Shown: positions 28,725-40,727 of the stretch, piece by piece
Layout: the number at the start of each line of letters is the position of its first letter
Numbering within the stretch: position 1 is the stretch's first letter
NCBI RefSeq assembly: GCF_026210795.1
Contig: NC_089433.1
Coordinates: forward strand, 2,046,001 to 2,110,000
Direction of reading: 5' to 3'
From: Rhizophagus irregularis
Taxonomy: Eukaryota
Length of the DNA stretch: 64,000 nucleotides
The notes under the pieces: model-generated
What the model saw: only the letters and a program-made list of their open reading frames with translations
Told to the model about the DNA's origin: nothing
The model's database searches: none
Position numbers and translations under genes: made by a program

Positions 28725-30266
28725 TTAGGAATGATCTTGATTATAATTAATCGCATCTTCAGGATTTTCTGAGGAATGGTCACATTTCTTCTCTGTACTA
28801 ACAAACCGAAGAGGACTACGTTTAATTACATCTTGATCATTGTCTTCGATAATTTCTTGAACATGATTAAGCTCAACTTCAGGAAATTCCATGGAATCTT
28901 CACGTTTCCTTTCTTTACTAACAAACCGAAGAGGACTACGTTTTGTTACATCTTGATCATTGTCTTCGATAATTTCTTGATCATAATTAAGCTCAACTTC
29001 AGGAAATTCCATGGAATCTTCACGTTTCCTTTCTTTACTAACAAACCGAAGAGGACTACGTTTTGTTACATCTTGATCATTGTCTTCGATAATTTCTTGA
29101 TCATGATTAAGCACATCTTCGGGAAATTCCATGGAATCTTTACGTTTCCTTTCTTTACTAACAAACCGAAGAGGACTACGTTTTGTTACATCTTGATCAT
29201 TGTCTTCGATAATTTCTTGATCATGATTAAGCTCAACTTCAGGAAATTCCATGGAATCTTCACGTTTCCTTTCTTTACTAACAAACCGAAGAGGACTACG
29301 TTTTGTTACATCTTGATCATTGTCTTCGATAATTTCTTGATCATAATTAAACTCAACTTCAGGAAATTCCATGGAATCTTCACGTTTCCTTTCTTTACTA
29401 ACAAACCGAAGAGGACTACGTTTTGTTACATCTTGATCATTGTCTTCGATAATTTCTTGATCATGATTAAGCACATCTTCGGGAAATTCCATGGAATCTT
29501 CACGTTTCCTTTCTTTACTAACAAACCGAAGAGGACTACGTTTGGTTACATCTTGATCATTGTCTTCGATAATTTCTTGATCATAATTAAGCTCAACTTC
29601 AGGAAATTCCATGGAATCTTCACGTTTCCTTTCTTTACTAACAAACCGAAGAGGACTACGTTTGGTTACATCTTGATCATTGTCTTCGATAATTTCTTGA
29701 TCATGATTAAGCACATCTTCGGGAAATTCCATGGAATCTTCACGTTTCCTTTCTTTACTAACAAACCGAAGAGGACTACGTTTGGTTACATCTTGATCAT
29801 TGTCTTCGATAATTTCTTGATCATAATTAAGCTCAACTTCAGGAAATTCCATGGAATCTTCACGTTTCCTTTCTTTACTAACAAACCGAAGAGGACTACG
29901 TTTTGTTACATCTTGATCATTGTCTTCGATAATTTCTTGATCATAATTAAGCACATCTTCAGGAAATTCCATGGAATCTTCACGTTTCCTTTCTTTACTA
30001 ACAAACCGAAGAGGACTATGTTTGATTACATCATGATTAACAGGAAATTCTGAGGAATCTTCACGTTTCCTTTCTTTACTAACAAACCGAAGAGGACTTC
30101 TTTTTATAAAATTGAGTTTTCCGTGACACCGATTAAAAAGTTCTGAGGGATCATGGCGGTTCTGCTCATGATCATAATAAACAAGATTATTGTTATTTTC
30201 AAATAACGGTAAACTTTCAGTTGCTTTAGTAGTAAGAAGGAGAGTAATAATTAGGAATGCTTTCAT
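28725..30266 (-). CDS. Secreted Kex2-processed repeat protein (KEP) / pheromone-like peptide precursor, 513 aa
   Basis: First ATG is at 30266 (the track starts at an upstream TTG). Hydrophobic signal peptide MKAFLIITLLLTTKATES|LP. 12 core copies: 10x KR-SPLRFVSKE-RKR, 1x KH-SPLRFVSKE-RKR, 1x KR-SPLRFVSTE-KK, separated by acidic spacers (mostly 26 aa). No introns; TATAAAA on the minus strand at ~30454-30460. Confidence 0.9.
   Translation of the reverse strand: MKAFLIITLLLTTKATESLPLFENNNNLVYYDHEQNRHDPSELFNRCHGKLNFIKRSPLRFVSKERKREDSSEFPVNHDVIKHSPLRFVSKERKREDSMEFPEDVLNYDQEIIEDNDQDVTKRSPLRFVSKERKREDSMEFPEVELNYDQEIIEDNDQDVTKRSPLRFVSKERKREDSMEFPEDVLNHDQEIIEDNDQDVTKRSPLRFVSKERKREDSMEFPEVELNYDQEIIEDNDQDVTKRSPLRFVSKERKREDSMEFPEDVLNHDQEIIEDNDQDVTKRSPLRFVSKERKREDSMEFPEVEFNYDQEIIEDNDQDVTKRSPLRFVSKERKREDSMEFPEVELNHDQEIIEDNDQDVTKRSPLRFVSKERKRKDSMEFPEDVLNHDQEIIEDNDQDVTKRSPLRFVSKERKREDSMEFPEVELNYDQEIIEDNDQDVTKRSPLRFVSKERKREDSMEFPEVELNHVQEIIEDNDQDVIKRSPLRFVSTEKKCDHSSENPEDAINYNQDHS
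28790..30100 (-). repeat. 120-bp coding tandem repeat of the peptide precursor
   Basis: ACAAACCGAAGAGGACT recurs every 120 bp from 28801 to 30001, plus one closer-spaced copy at ~30082. Confidence 0.97.
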
Positions 30267-31444
30267 ATTCGCAAACAAAATAAAAAGAATAAAAAAAAAA
30301 TTGGTTTAAAAAAAAGATTAATTTAGATAAATATATAATATTTAATTGGAGTAATTTAGATTTCAAGTTTAGGTTTTTTATCAATGTTTAAATGTAAATG
30401 TATGTTTTGAATTGAATATGGAATGTTGAAATCAAAAAAGTTCAAAGTGAGGTTTTTATAAGAAATTTCGGCTCCAACAAATACTAAGGAAATGATTCAA
30501 CTACATAATTTTAAAATAATGACGAATGGAGAATGAAAAAAAAATTCTTTTTTTTTTCAATCATTATTTAAATCGGACGGTAGCCATTGCTTTAGTGAAA
30601 TTCAAAAAATATTATGCTTATGTATATATTAATTATAAATAATAAAGTAATAAAGTTCAATCATAAAATTGACCAATTGGCCAGCTTTACTTATCCATGT
30701 TTTATGTTATATCTAACCAGGGGAAAAAATATCAAACTTTCATCATGTCTTTATTTAAAAGAATTTACTTTTCATTGAATTTAATATATTTCCTATCTCG
30801 ACAACAATCGAATTTCGCAGAGTGTATTACACATAACCATTTAACCGGTATATGGTATAAATTTTATTAACCTCAGGGACAAAGAAAACAAATTTTTGGT
30901 TTCTGGGTATCGAGTTATGATCGGTCATAATTAGTTTGATAAATCGATAAATCGGTTATATTTATTAATTCATTAATGTTACAAATTTCATTATGTTTCG
31001 TATTTAATTTTTCTCGACAATTCAATGGACATAAATAAAATAACAAAACAACATCTCAAAAATCTATCTTTAGTAATAACTGAAGTACTTTAACGCGCAA
31101 TTTTAATAACTTATTCTCCGTTAATTTGGATACCCTCCAACAATTTGAATGCCTTTCATCAGTAAACCCGGAAAAGTAGTTAGTCTATCATCAATAAACT
31201 ATATGCTTTCGTGCGATTCCAATTCACCATTCGACTAATATGTAGGTCTTTACTGAGGTTCTTTCAATTCTACGACTAAGGTAAAAATTAATCACAAGGA
31301 AATGGAGATGCGTCATAATAATGCCATATTCATAGTAAGAAAAAAATATGGAAATAATGAGAGTTCATATTAAATTTGAATTTAGTACGAAACAACGAAT
31401 GAACAAAACATAAAACTTGCATATACCTGTATTATCTAATATTA

Positions 31445-31664
31445 GAACAAAGAATAATAACATCCTTTATAATTCGATCATCATAACGCGTCGCAGTAAT
31501 TTAATATAATTACTATAAACAAAGAAAATCTTTATCAGTTTACCATTTAAGGGAACGTTACTTAGATCTGATCGTGGAAGTTATGCAAACAAGGAAAAAA
31601 ATTTAATGTTTGTTATTAAATTTTAAGATAAGGTGTATAAGTAAACAAAGACGTAATTACGTCT
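31445..31664 (-). promoter_or_regulatory. Candidate HMG-box (TR-box-like) sites upstream of the peptide precursor
   Basis: Minus-strand TTCTTTGTTC (31445-31454) and TTCTTTGTTT (31517-31526) match the S. pombe Ste11 TR box TTCTTTGTTY. A near match at 31643-31652 overlaps the perfect palindrome AGACGTAATTACGTCT (31649-31664). Confidence 0.3.
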
Positions 31665-34440
31665 AACGACGCAGTAATTTTTTTTTTGTGTAATTTCAAT
31701 TTCTTGAAGTTCGTTTTTCTTACAAATAAATTTTATTATAAGATAAATTTAAACCTTGTTTTGTTAAAAAAAAAACATCTATTTAGTAGTTGAATGGTGA
31801 TTTCATCTTTCTTTTTTAAGATAAATTCTATTGAAAAAGAACCATATGCACTTGTAACAACTAAATTATTTATTAAATTATGTATCATAAAAATTAAAAA
31901 ATTAATATAAAAAAATTTTTACTAAAGAAATATATAAAAATACTATTGAATCATGTCCTTACCTTAAAAATTTTGTACAAATTTTGTTTATTACTTACTT
32001 AAAACATATATTGCATATACATATATATAGTAATAGAAGAACAATTCTGCAGATTAATAAAAAATTTATAGTTATTATAATAATTCTTATGATTAAAAGT
32101 CCACTATTAATATTAAATTAGAATAAAATGAATATAAATCAATTAATATAGAATATCTTTTTAATTTCATTTATAGATAACTCCTAAATTAATTTTTTGA
32201 AAAAATGTAATTTTAGCAAGAATTTCAGATTTAAAATATTTTTATATAAAAAACTTAAAATAACTATATAATTTAATATATTTCAGGTTAAAGAATTCAA
32301 ATAATTTTGGATATAATTTTGACTATTAAACTATTTAATAGCAGACTGTAGAATACATAATCTTTAAGTATTTTTTTAAAGATAAATATCCTAAAATTAT
32401 TAAAATACATTTACTATAAAAGATATTTTCAGATTTCAGATTTTGGCAAAATATAAAATCAATTTCAAAACTATTATAGTATGATATTAAATATTATTAA
32501 TTTTAGTATTGAAATAAAAAGTAGAATATATAGTATATAATATACTATACAAATATATTTTACTATTCTTATTTCTATTACTAAACATATATTATTAATA
32601 GTTTCTAAACTGTTGCTAGTATTTTTTTTTTTACAGTAACATATTTTACTTATTGTTATAGGTAAAATTACAGGCAAAATTTCATAGTAAATATAATTTT
32701 AAAAATTATAAAATAAGTAATTTTATTACAAGTAAAGTATATTAAAATTTAAATTAATATTAAAATTTAAATTAATATCTTTTATAATCTAAATAAAAAA
32801 TACTGTAAAATTTAATTAAATTATAAAAAAAAAATATGTATAATAATAGTTACTATAAAACTTAACTATAAAAATCATACAAAATGGCAAAACTATAATA
32901 AATCTATAAAAAAATTGCCAAAACTGAGATTTAGATATTTTATCAAATTTAAAAACCAGTTTAACCTGCAATCTTAATTACAGACTTATAGGTAATGCAA
33001 ATTTAATAAAGTATTCTTTTAAAGAACAATATTTATTTACTATATACTTAACTTTATTAATACAAGTTTAACAGATACCAATTTGCATTAGCTGTTTCTT
33101 ACATAATTTTTTTTAGATATATATAATATATATATAAATTTTATTTGGATCACGTGATAGTCGTGATATCACTATTTGATATTTACTGGTTGATCATCAG
33201 TTCATCATACTGTATGTAAGATTTTATGGTAAATTAACTATGAATTGTAATCATCAGTCATCATGATTTTTTTTTTGTAAAAATCTTAGGTTTTGTTGAA
33301 CGATTGGTTATTTAATGTGTTACTATACGTTCGTGCTACAAGATAATTATTTTAACTTCATGTTATTGTTCGATCAAATGTTCAAGGGGTAACTTTTTTT
33401 AAACGTAATATTATTCTCTGCATTATATCCTTTTATATATAAAAATACACGTGCCAAGATTAAAATTTCATAATTTGTCAAGTCATCTGCATTAGATTTC
33501 GTATCGTGACGATTTATCATCATTACACCGATCATTTATGACCATTAAATACAGGTCTTTTATTTCTAATAATTAGTATGTAAGCTTATGCATTTTGTAA
33601 ATGACGTAATGTACGTAATTGTTAGTAGATATTACAGGTAATCTTTTCTTTTCTTTTGTTCCCTTCTTGCATTTTTATTTTTACAAATATTTAATTTATC
33701 AAGCCAACTAACTAACTTAAAAAGGTAAGTATTGAATAAGGGATTAGTATAAAAAAGTTTATTTTCTAATTAATCTCAGATATACATATACCGTATGGTG
33801 GTTTCTTTATTCTAGTTTATTAATTCTAAAAATAACCCATCATAAAAACTCAAATACACATTCTTATTGGTTGATGGTTGATATTATTAATAATAAAAAA
33901 GTAAACTTTTCGTAAGAGAGTTTCTTGTTCCCATAAGAACTCTTTTATGGTTGGTTAATAATCGTCATGTGGAAGTCATGAGTTACAAAGTAACACAAAT
34001 TTGTTCGACATGTATTTTTTTAAATAACTAAATTTTTTTATTTTTTAAATACTAAAAATAAAAACTATTTTTCATTCTTTCAATTTTAGAGAGTTAATTT
34101 CGAAACCGAGGGATAAAAATTTCTTTGTAAAAATTTATTACAAAAGAATTTGTCATTCGCGATTCACAAATCTGCGCAAGAATAAAATAATATGTACGCA
34201 CATTTGTAATTCTACATGACTACAATATAATAACAAATTAGATTAACGGATTTGGATATTTAAATATGTAAGTACATGACCTATTTATGCACTCTAAACC
34301 TTGAAAAAAAATAACTAATTATTTAAATTTTCACCTCTCTTTTCTTTCTTTCTTTCTTTTTAAAAGAAAAAAAAAATAATAATTATTATTATAAAATAAT
34401 AATTATAATTTTAAAAAAAAAATTAACTCCCACTCACAGT

Positions 34441-35334
34441 ATGTCATCATCATCAAATAGTAGTCTATTACTATCAACAGTCTTTACGGTAGGATTTATT
34501 GTTGGTGGAGTTGTTGTACGCTTTGTTGGCGTAAATGATAATAAAGGGTCTCAACAACAGATTTTAATTAATGATATTGAAGAAAAAGAAATAGACGATG
34601 ATGATATTACTGTAGTAGGTTGTAACTATTGTTACAAAAAGCATCTTTCCAAATCATCATTTTCTTCTTCTTCGTCAACCTCATCCATATATTCATCTTA
34701 CTATTCTTTATCAAATCCTTCTTTATCGGACTTCCTCACACCACCGGATTCACCAAATCCTTTTACATCAACTTACAATTTAATAACGAAATTAAATCAA
34801 CTTCGTACATACCAAAAAAACTTGTATAAAAAACAGCAAGCATTCTATTCCGATACGATATCATTTAATCATCAATATAATTGTTTAATAACTGAGATAA
34901 ATGTTTTTAAAGATTATTCTCTTTTACAAATTTCTAAATCAAAAGAAAGATTGGATTTTTTACAACAAAAAATCAAATCTATACAATTTTCCTTTTTAAA
35001 AGGTATATCTACATTAGAAAATATTGATATATCAGGAATTAATAATAATAAGAAATTTCAATTGGTTGAAATTAAATGGTTGGAAAATTTTAATGAAATA
35101 TATGAAGAAAAATTAGATAATTATACAAAGAATTTGGATGAAATGAAAAGGAGATTTAATGAATATGAACAAATAACATTAAGAGAGGTTGAAGATTTAA
35201 AATATAAGATTGATGAATTAAAATGTGAGATTGGATTTTGTGGTGATGAAGAGACAATTAAAGAAATAAGACAAGAATTAAAATTTGGAGAATTAACCAA
35301 TCTTTTATATGAAAATGGTTTTATTGAAACATAA
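34441..35334 (+). CDS. Hypothetical protein, 297 aa: N-terminal membrane anchor, Ser-rich linker, coiled-coil-like C-terminal half
   Basis: Long single-exon ORF with ATG; hydrophobic LLLSTVFTVGFIVGGVVVRFV; E/K/L heptad-like C-terminal region. Confidence 0.8.
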   Translation: MSSSSNSSLLLSTVFTVGFIVGGVVVRFVGVNDNKGSQQQILINDIEEKEIDDDDITVVGCNYCYKKHLSKSSFSSSSSTSSIYSSYYSLSNPSLSDFLTPPDSPNPFTSTYNLITKLNQLRTYQKNLYKKQQAFYSDTISFNHQYNCLITEINVFKDYSLLQISKSKERLDFLQQKIKSIQFSFLKGISTLENIDISGINNNKKFQLVEIKWLENFNEIYEEKLDNYTKNLDEMKRRFNEYEQITLREVEDLKYKIDELKCEIGFCGDEETIKEIRQELKFGELTNLLYENGFIET

Positions 35335-36549
35335 AAATTTAATTTATATAATTTGAACTTTATAAATAAATTTAGACTATAAATAATTTGGACTATTGAT
35401 AATTTGGACTATAAATAATTTGGACTATAAAAAAAATTTATTCATTAGATAATTATAATAACTGTTTATAGAGTTAAATATATACAACTTATCCTTGGAC
35501 TGGAATCACTTTTTTAGAATAATGCTAGAGTTTTTGAGTATAGACATATAGTAGGAATTTGTCATATAATAATATCAAACATTAATATAAGTAAAATTTG
35601 AAATTGCGGGAAAGTAAAATTTAATACTGCGGTCTGTTCGTCTGTGCGGTATTATCTAATATATTTGAAAAAAAAAAAAAATTTTTCTCTTCTTGATTGG
35701 TTACGTCTGTTTATAATTTGACTTGTACTTTCAGGCTTTTAATCCTGTTTAAATCATTAGACATGATATAGAAATTTTGTATGAATTCAATCACAATATG
35801 CAATACACACGTTTTTTCGAAGATCGGCTGAAAAAAAAAAATAATAATTCTCATTTTCTCAAAGTATTATTGATAGCGTTGTATGACAATTTCACAATTC
35901 GAGAACGATGGATGGCTAAGAATGATTTATCACATGATCAAATCTATTAAAACAATGACTTCATTATTTGAAAAAGGCCATAAAAAGATTTGAATTAAAA
36001 TTTTCTATATCAGCCGTATCATTATTATAAAAAAGTTCAAACCTTATTATTTTAGTCTCTCATTAAATTTATTTTTATATTATAAAACTTTTACCTCGCC
36101 CCTCTCTCTTTTTTTTCCTAAATATATATAACGGAAATGAATTTTATTCGAGAAATATACCTGAATTAGGCATCGAAGGATAAATCCTCGGTTATGTGTT
36201 GAACTTGAAAAGGAAATAAGCCACAAGTAATATAAGACGGTCACGTCGTAACTACTCAAACCATTAACAACGATCTACACTTTGGAACACCAATAAAACT
36301 TGTTTGAACTTCTGTGATGAACCTTAAATTTTTACATATAAAAGATAATTAAAAAAAAAATCATCAAACATTACTTTGTAAACCAAATTTTTTTTTTTAA
36401 CGGTTTACTTATTATATTAAAGAAGTCTAAAGACTGCTAACTTTTTTTTTAAAAAAATATATATATATATTTTTAATAATAATATTTTTTTTACTATTAA
36501 AAGTTTAAATATTACACACTTTTTATAGCATTTACTTTTTTCTTACACA

Positions 36550-37574
36550 ATGGACACGAACGTTTTTACGTCCGCAGTTATTGAAGCTGATGGCACATAT
36601 ATGGTTGAGTTTGCAAATAATTTACTAAAAACGCCAAATTTTTGGTTACTTTTAGTGGGAGCATTTATTGTTTGGGCTATGACGCGATATATACCTGAAC
36701 TAGTAAATGGTAAATACAAAAAAGGGTAAGTTACTGAAGGTTTTTAAATCGTGGGTACATTTAAGCTTAAAAATTATCCCTTAGAAAAAAGTTTTTTAAA
36801 AAATATTATCAATTTATCAGATCTCACATTCATACATCATCAATACATCGATATCGTCACCGTAAAATAAAAAGATCTTCGTCAAGAACAAGATACTTTG
36901 AAGATAAGCAAAGAGAAGAAGGTAGTTCACAAAATAAAACAACTAAATCAATATCACACAGTTCATCATTACAAAGCATTAAAAGTCCATTACAGTCAAA
37001 AAGTGCGTACGCAAATTCTACACCAGATTTCGTTCCACTTTCTGCATCGATTCAATCTGCTCCTCCTTCTCCCCCACATTTCAAAACTCCATCAAGAATT
37101 GTCCCCACAAATTATGGAAGTGAAATTAAACTAAAATTAATGTCCAGTGAAGACAAGGCTTTACGCTTATCAAGTAAGCAACATTTTTGTAATTCATTTG
37201 AAAATTAGTTCATTAAAAATTGTGAATCGAATTAACCATTTTTTTATTTTTTTATTTTCTTTTTTTAGATATGAAGGAACAACACATGAAATTTAGACCA
37301 ACAATAAGTTCAAGACTTAATCCTATTCGTCGATGCGAGCTTGGTCAGCGAAGTTCGGTTGGTGTACTCTCATCTCGTTATCTCGCAGATGTAAAAATGG
37401 ATATTGGATATAATGAAGATGTATGATTGAACAATTGGTGTATTTGATAAAATATATTGTAATTAATCACATCATATATTGAAAGTTTCATTTTGTTTAT
37501 TTTTTGATAAACAGCAAAGGAAGAATATTATATGGGCTGCAGGAAATCGTAATGAACATTATTCTCAAGCATAA
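36550..37574 (+). CDS. Hypothetical single-pass membrane protein, 246 aa; join(36550..36725,36821..37173,37269..37420,37515..37574)
   Basis: Not in the ORF track. Manual splicing at GT-AG sites keeps an open frame: MDTNVF..NFWLLLVGAFIVWAMTRY (TM), then a basic/Ser/Pro-rich tail ending ..IIWAAGNRNEHYSQA*. The last intron is less certain. Confidence 0.75.
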
Positions 37575-39319
37575 AGAATTTAAATCATGAAATGTTTGAA
37601 AATTATTGAGTTAAAGAAAATGGTATTTCTTGGGATTTTATTAGTTAAAGTATAATCATTAAAATTGTTAATATTATGAATATTAACTGATTTTACCCTA
37701 CTTTTTTTTTTTTTGTGCATAAATTATTCTTGCCATCAGTTCTTCACGATAATTTTTTTTTTTAAAAAAAATATATATATATACACATATATATTTACTT
37801 GAAAAATGAATACTCAGCTAATTATTAATTATAATTAATTATATTGATTTCTTGAAGATTGGATCTATTGATCAATTTGATTGAAGAGAATTGAAGTAAG
37901 TTGATGTGGATAATGGGTTTATTCACCAAAAAAATTCTTTTTTGCTTCATTGATGCAAATAGATATAGTTTCAATAACCGAGAATATGAAAAAAATCCGT
38001 CTATTCTCATGAAGTCATAATCTGGAGATCAATAAGTTATAGTGAGCATCCATCCATTTACGTTAAGAAACAACATATATATGTATATAATAAATATATA
38101 TATAAAATAAAAGTAGAGAAGAAAATTTTTCTTGCATATTTTTCATAGATAGCATTGATCATGTATAAATACAACATTAAGTCATTTAGGCGTATTCGAT
38201 TAGATTGAGTGATTGAGTGACTAAAGATGAAATAATTGTATTGACGAGATATCTTATTTTTATTTTAGTTTGGGATATTAACTCTAAAGTTGTTAAAGTT
38301 GTTTTATCCTCAAATACAATATATTAAACTTAGCGTTAAATTTAATATAATATAATATATTATGATAAAACTAACAGTTTTAATCGACTAAATTTGGTTT
38401 AAGTATGATAAGTGAATTAACTAAATTAAGTATAATATTTCGGAGTTGTCGCAGGGGTATCAAAAAGTGGTGAAACAGCTTAATGCCACCTTACACTACG
38501 TAGTATTACTCCCCAAAAAAATGATTATAATAATTAGAATGTTCTTATGTTGTGTTATATTAGGGGTATAAAATATAAACTTAGTCGCTTAACTAGAATG
38601 AAGGATTAGAATTAAATGAATCACCTTTTCAAATCACATGTAATACGTTGCCTTATTGTTTAGCCACATCATTGTCCAGGGCTTTATCCTTTTGACAAAG
38701 TATTTTGGGAATTTCAAAATAACAATCATGTGCTCCAAAACATTACAAAATTGGTTAATTCAATGAATGGGGAGTTAAAATTTCGTAGACGTACTAATTT
38801 AGGTTAAAAGAAAATATTTATGAGCAACAAGAGGATGTTATTCTTGTTTTTCTATAGTTCATTATTTGTCAAATTATGTAGTAATTTTCATTTTCATAGA
38901 AAAATTTTTTTCTATTTGGATTTCTTACCATAACTGATCCATGCTAAGTGCTAATCATAATTGGATTTTGATGTGAAACCATATAAATACCTTTTCAAAA
39001 AAAAAAAAAAAAAAAATATATATATATAATTTTTTTTTCCATGATTAGTCACCACTCTTTCTTTATTTCTTAGATATTTAATAACCAAACCATTAAATTT
39101 TCGTAAAGAGTTCAAATGTATATTAACATAATTGTTATTTTTTCAATGACTTTTATTATTTATAGGATCGTAAAGTAATAAGAACACAAGTATTTGAAAT
39201 GAGCGAAAATTCTAAGTCCATTAAAATTATAAAAGAACAAAAGAACATGAGATAAACTTGTAAATGGATAGAAGTTAAATTGAAATGTAGTACTGCGCAT
39301 TTTCTCAAAAAAAAACCTT

Positions 39320-39720
39320 CGATAAAACGTAAGAATTTCACGTGCATCTTAATCCGTCTATTATTTTACTATAATCGTTTAAATTTATAGGAAGACGATC
39401 GCATTCGAGTAGTCTCTTTGCTCAAGTCTTGGAATTTTTATTGAAGAAGCAATGCAGAACCATACAGCAAACAATATTGAATATTTAAAAATTTTAATTC
39501 ATCCGCTTGTTAATATATGCGAAATAATGTCATAACACATTTTCATTTTTCACATTTTTTATCACTTCAATAATGGTAATTAGTTTTTTTATTGTTCCCG
39601 AAACCGTTTATCTTTAATAATTTTTTTCCTTTCCTTTTTAGTTAACAAATTCCCCTGATGAAAAAGAAAGACTCATTATACAAATATGACAAAATGAGTT
39701 CAACACATTAATTCCTCGAA
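39320..39720 (+). pseudogene. Degraded paralogue of the Myb gene at 40728
   Basis: Shares intron 1 (AAAACGTAAGAATTTCACGTGCAT), exon 2 pieces (GAAGACG.., TTTATTGAAGAAGCAAT) and later intron/exon pieces, with deletions and stops. Its upstream region 38440-39010 is homologous to 39760-40440. Confidence 0.8.
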
Positions 39721-40727
39721 AAAAATGTCTGGGCGTAAGGTGAAAGTCAAAGTTAAGGTTTGGAATTGTTGCAGGGGCACCAAAAAAGTGGTGAAACAGT
39801 TCTGCTACCTTACACTACTTAATCTTAACCCTCCCCTGCTTCCCCCAAATATATATATATATGTCGTGTTATATTGGTGTATAAACTTACTCCCTTTCAA
39901 AATCACATGTATTACGTTGCTTGTTTACAATAGCTTTCAAAAAACATATAACAATCATCATATTCAAGCATTGTCACTGCTTTTTTTTTTTTTGAGGGAT
40001 TAAAATTGAAATTGAAAACTTTAATAAAATTACGTAATTTTCAAACATTTTAACATTTTTTACAATGTTTTTGGGAAATCCAATTGCAAACATTCCAAAA
40101 ATGGTTAATTCTATGGGCCGGAGCTATAAATCCGCTGTTAGTTATACTAGTTAAGTTAAAAGAAATATTATATATATTTATTAGCCACCAATTGAAAGGA
40201 TACTTGCTTCAGTCCATTATTACGCAGTAACCTCTATTTTCCATACAGAAACTTTGGAATAGTCGTATAGAATAAATTTGAATGTAACAAAGGAATGGGA
40301 CGAAAAAAAAATTTTCTATTTTGGATCAAAGTTTTTTCTTGACACAAAGTTATCAACTGATCCAATGATCTCACACATAAAAACTCTAACCATAATTGGA
40401 TATCTTTCAAAGGAAAGTTAATATAAATAGTCTGCTGAATTTTTTTTTTTTTTCAAAAAATAAAATTTTTCAGAGACCAGTCACCCAGTAACACCCACCT
40501 TTTCCCTTTTTTTTTTTTTTGCGGTTAAAAAATTAACCAATTTTATTCCTTATATATTTAATACCAATTCATTAAATATTATAAATTCACTTTTATATTT
40601 TATAAATTTTTTCTTTTTTTTTGTGTACTAAAGAATTGAATAGTTCCACCTCATATAAAAAACTTTACTGTAATTAGATCATAAAGTTATAAGCGCGCAA
40701 AACGTTTAGTCATAGAGCGTTTAGAAA

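Noticed and set aside
28776..30053. 425-aa plus-strand ORF
   Set aside because: It is the antisense shadow of the 120-bp repeat. The minus strand has the signal peptide, the dibasic sites and unique coding sequence beyond the repeat.
28790..30100. PLRF resembles animal RFamide neuropeptides (e.g. nematode FLP-15/FLP-21, LPLRFamide)
   Set aside because: RF is followed by VSKE rather than a Gly-basic amidation signal, so a C-terminal RFamide cannot form by the standard route; a four-residue match is weak.
28725..30266. Dikaritin/ustiloxin-type RiPP cluster
   Set aside because: No DUF3328/UstYa, tyrosinase or other tailoring genes are in the window, and the core lacks Tyr/Trp. Trans-acting enzymes elsewhere cannot be excluded.
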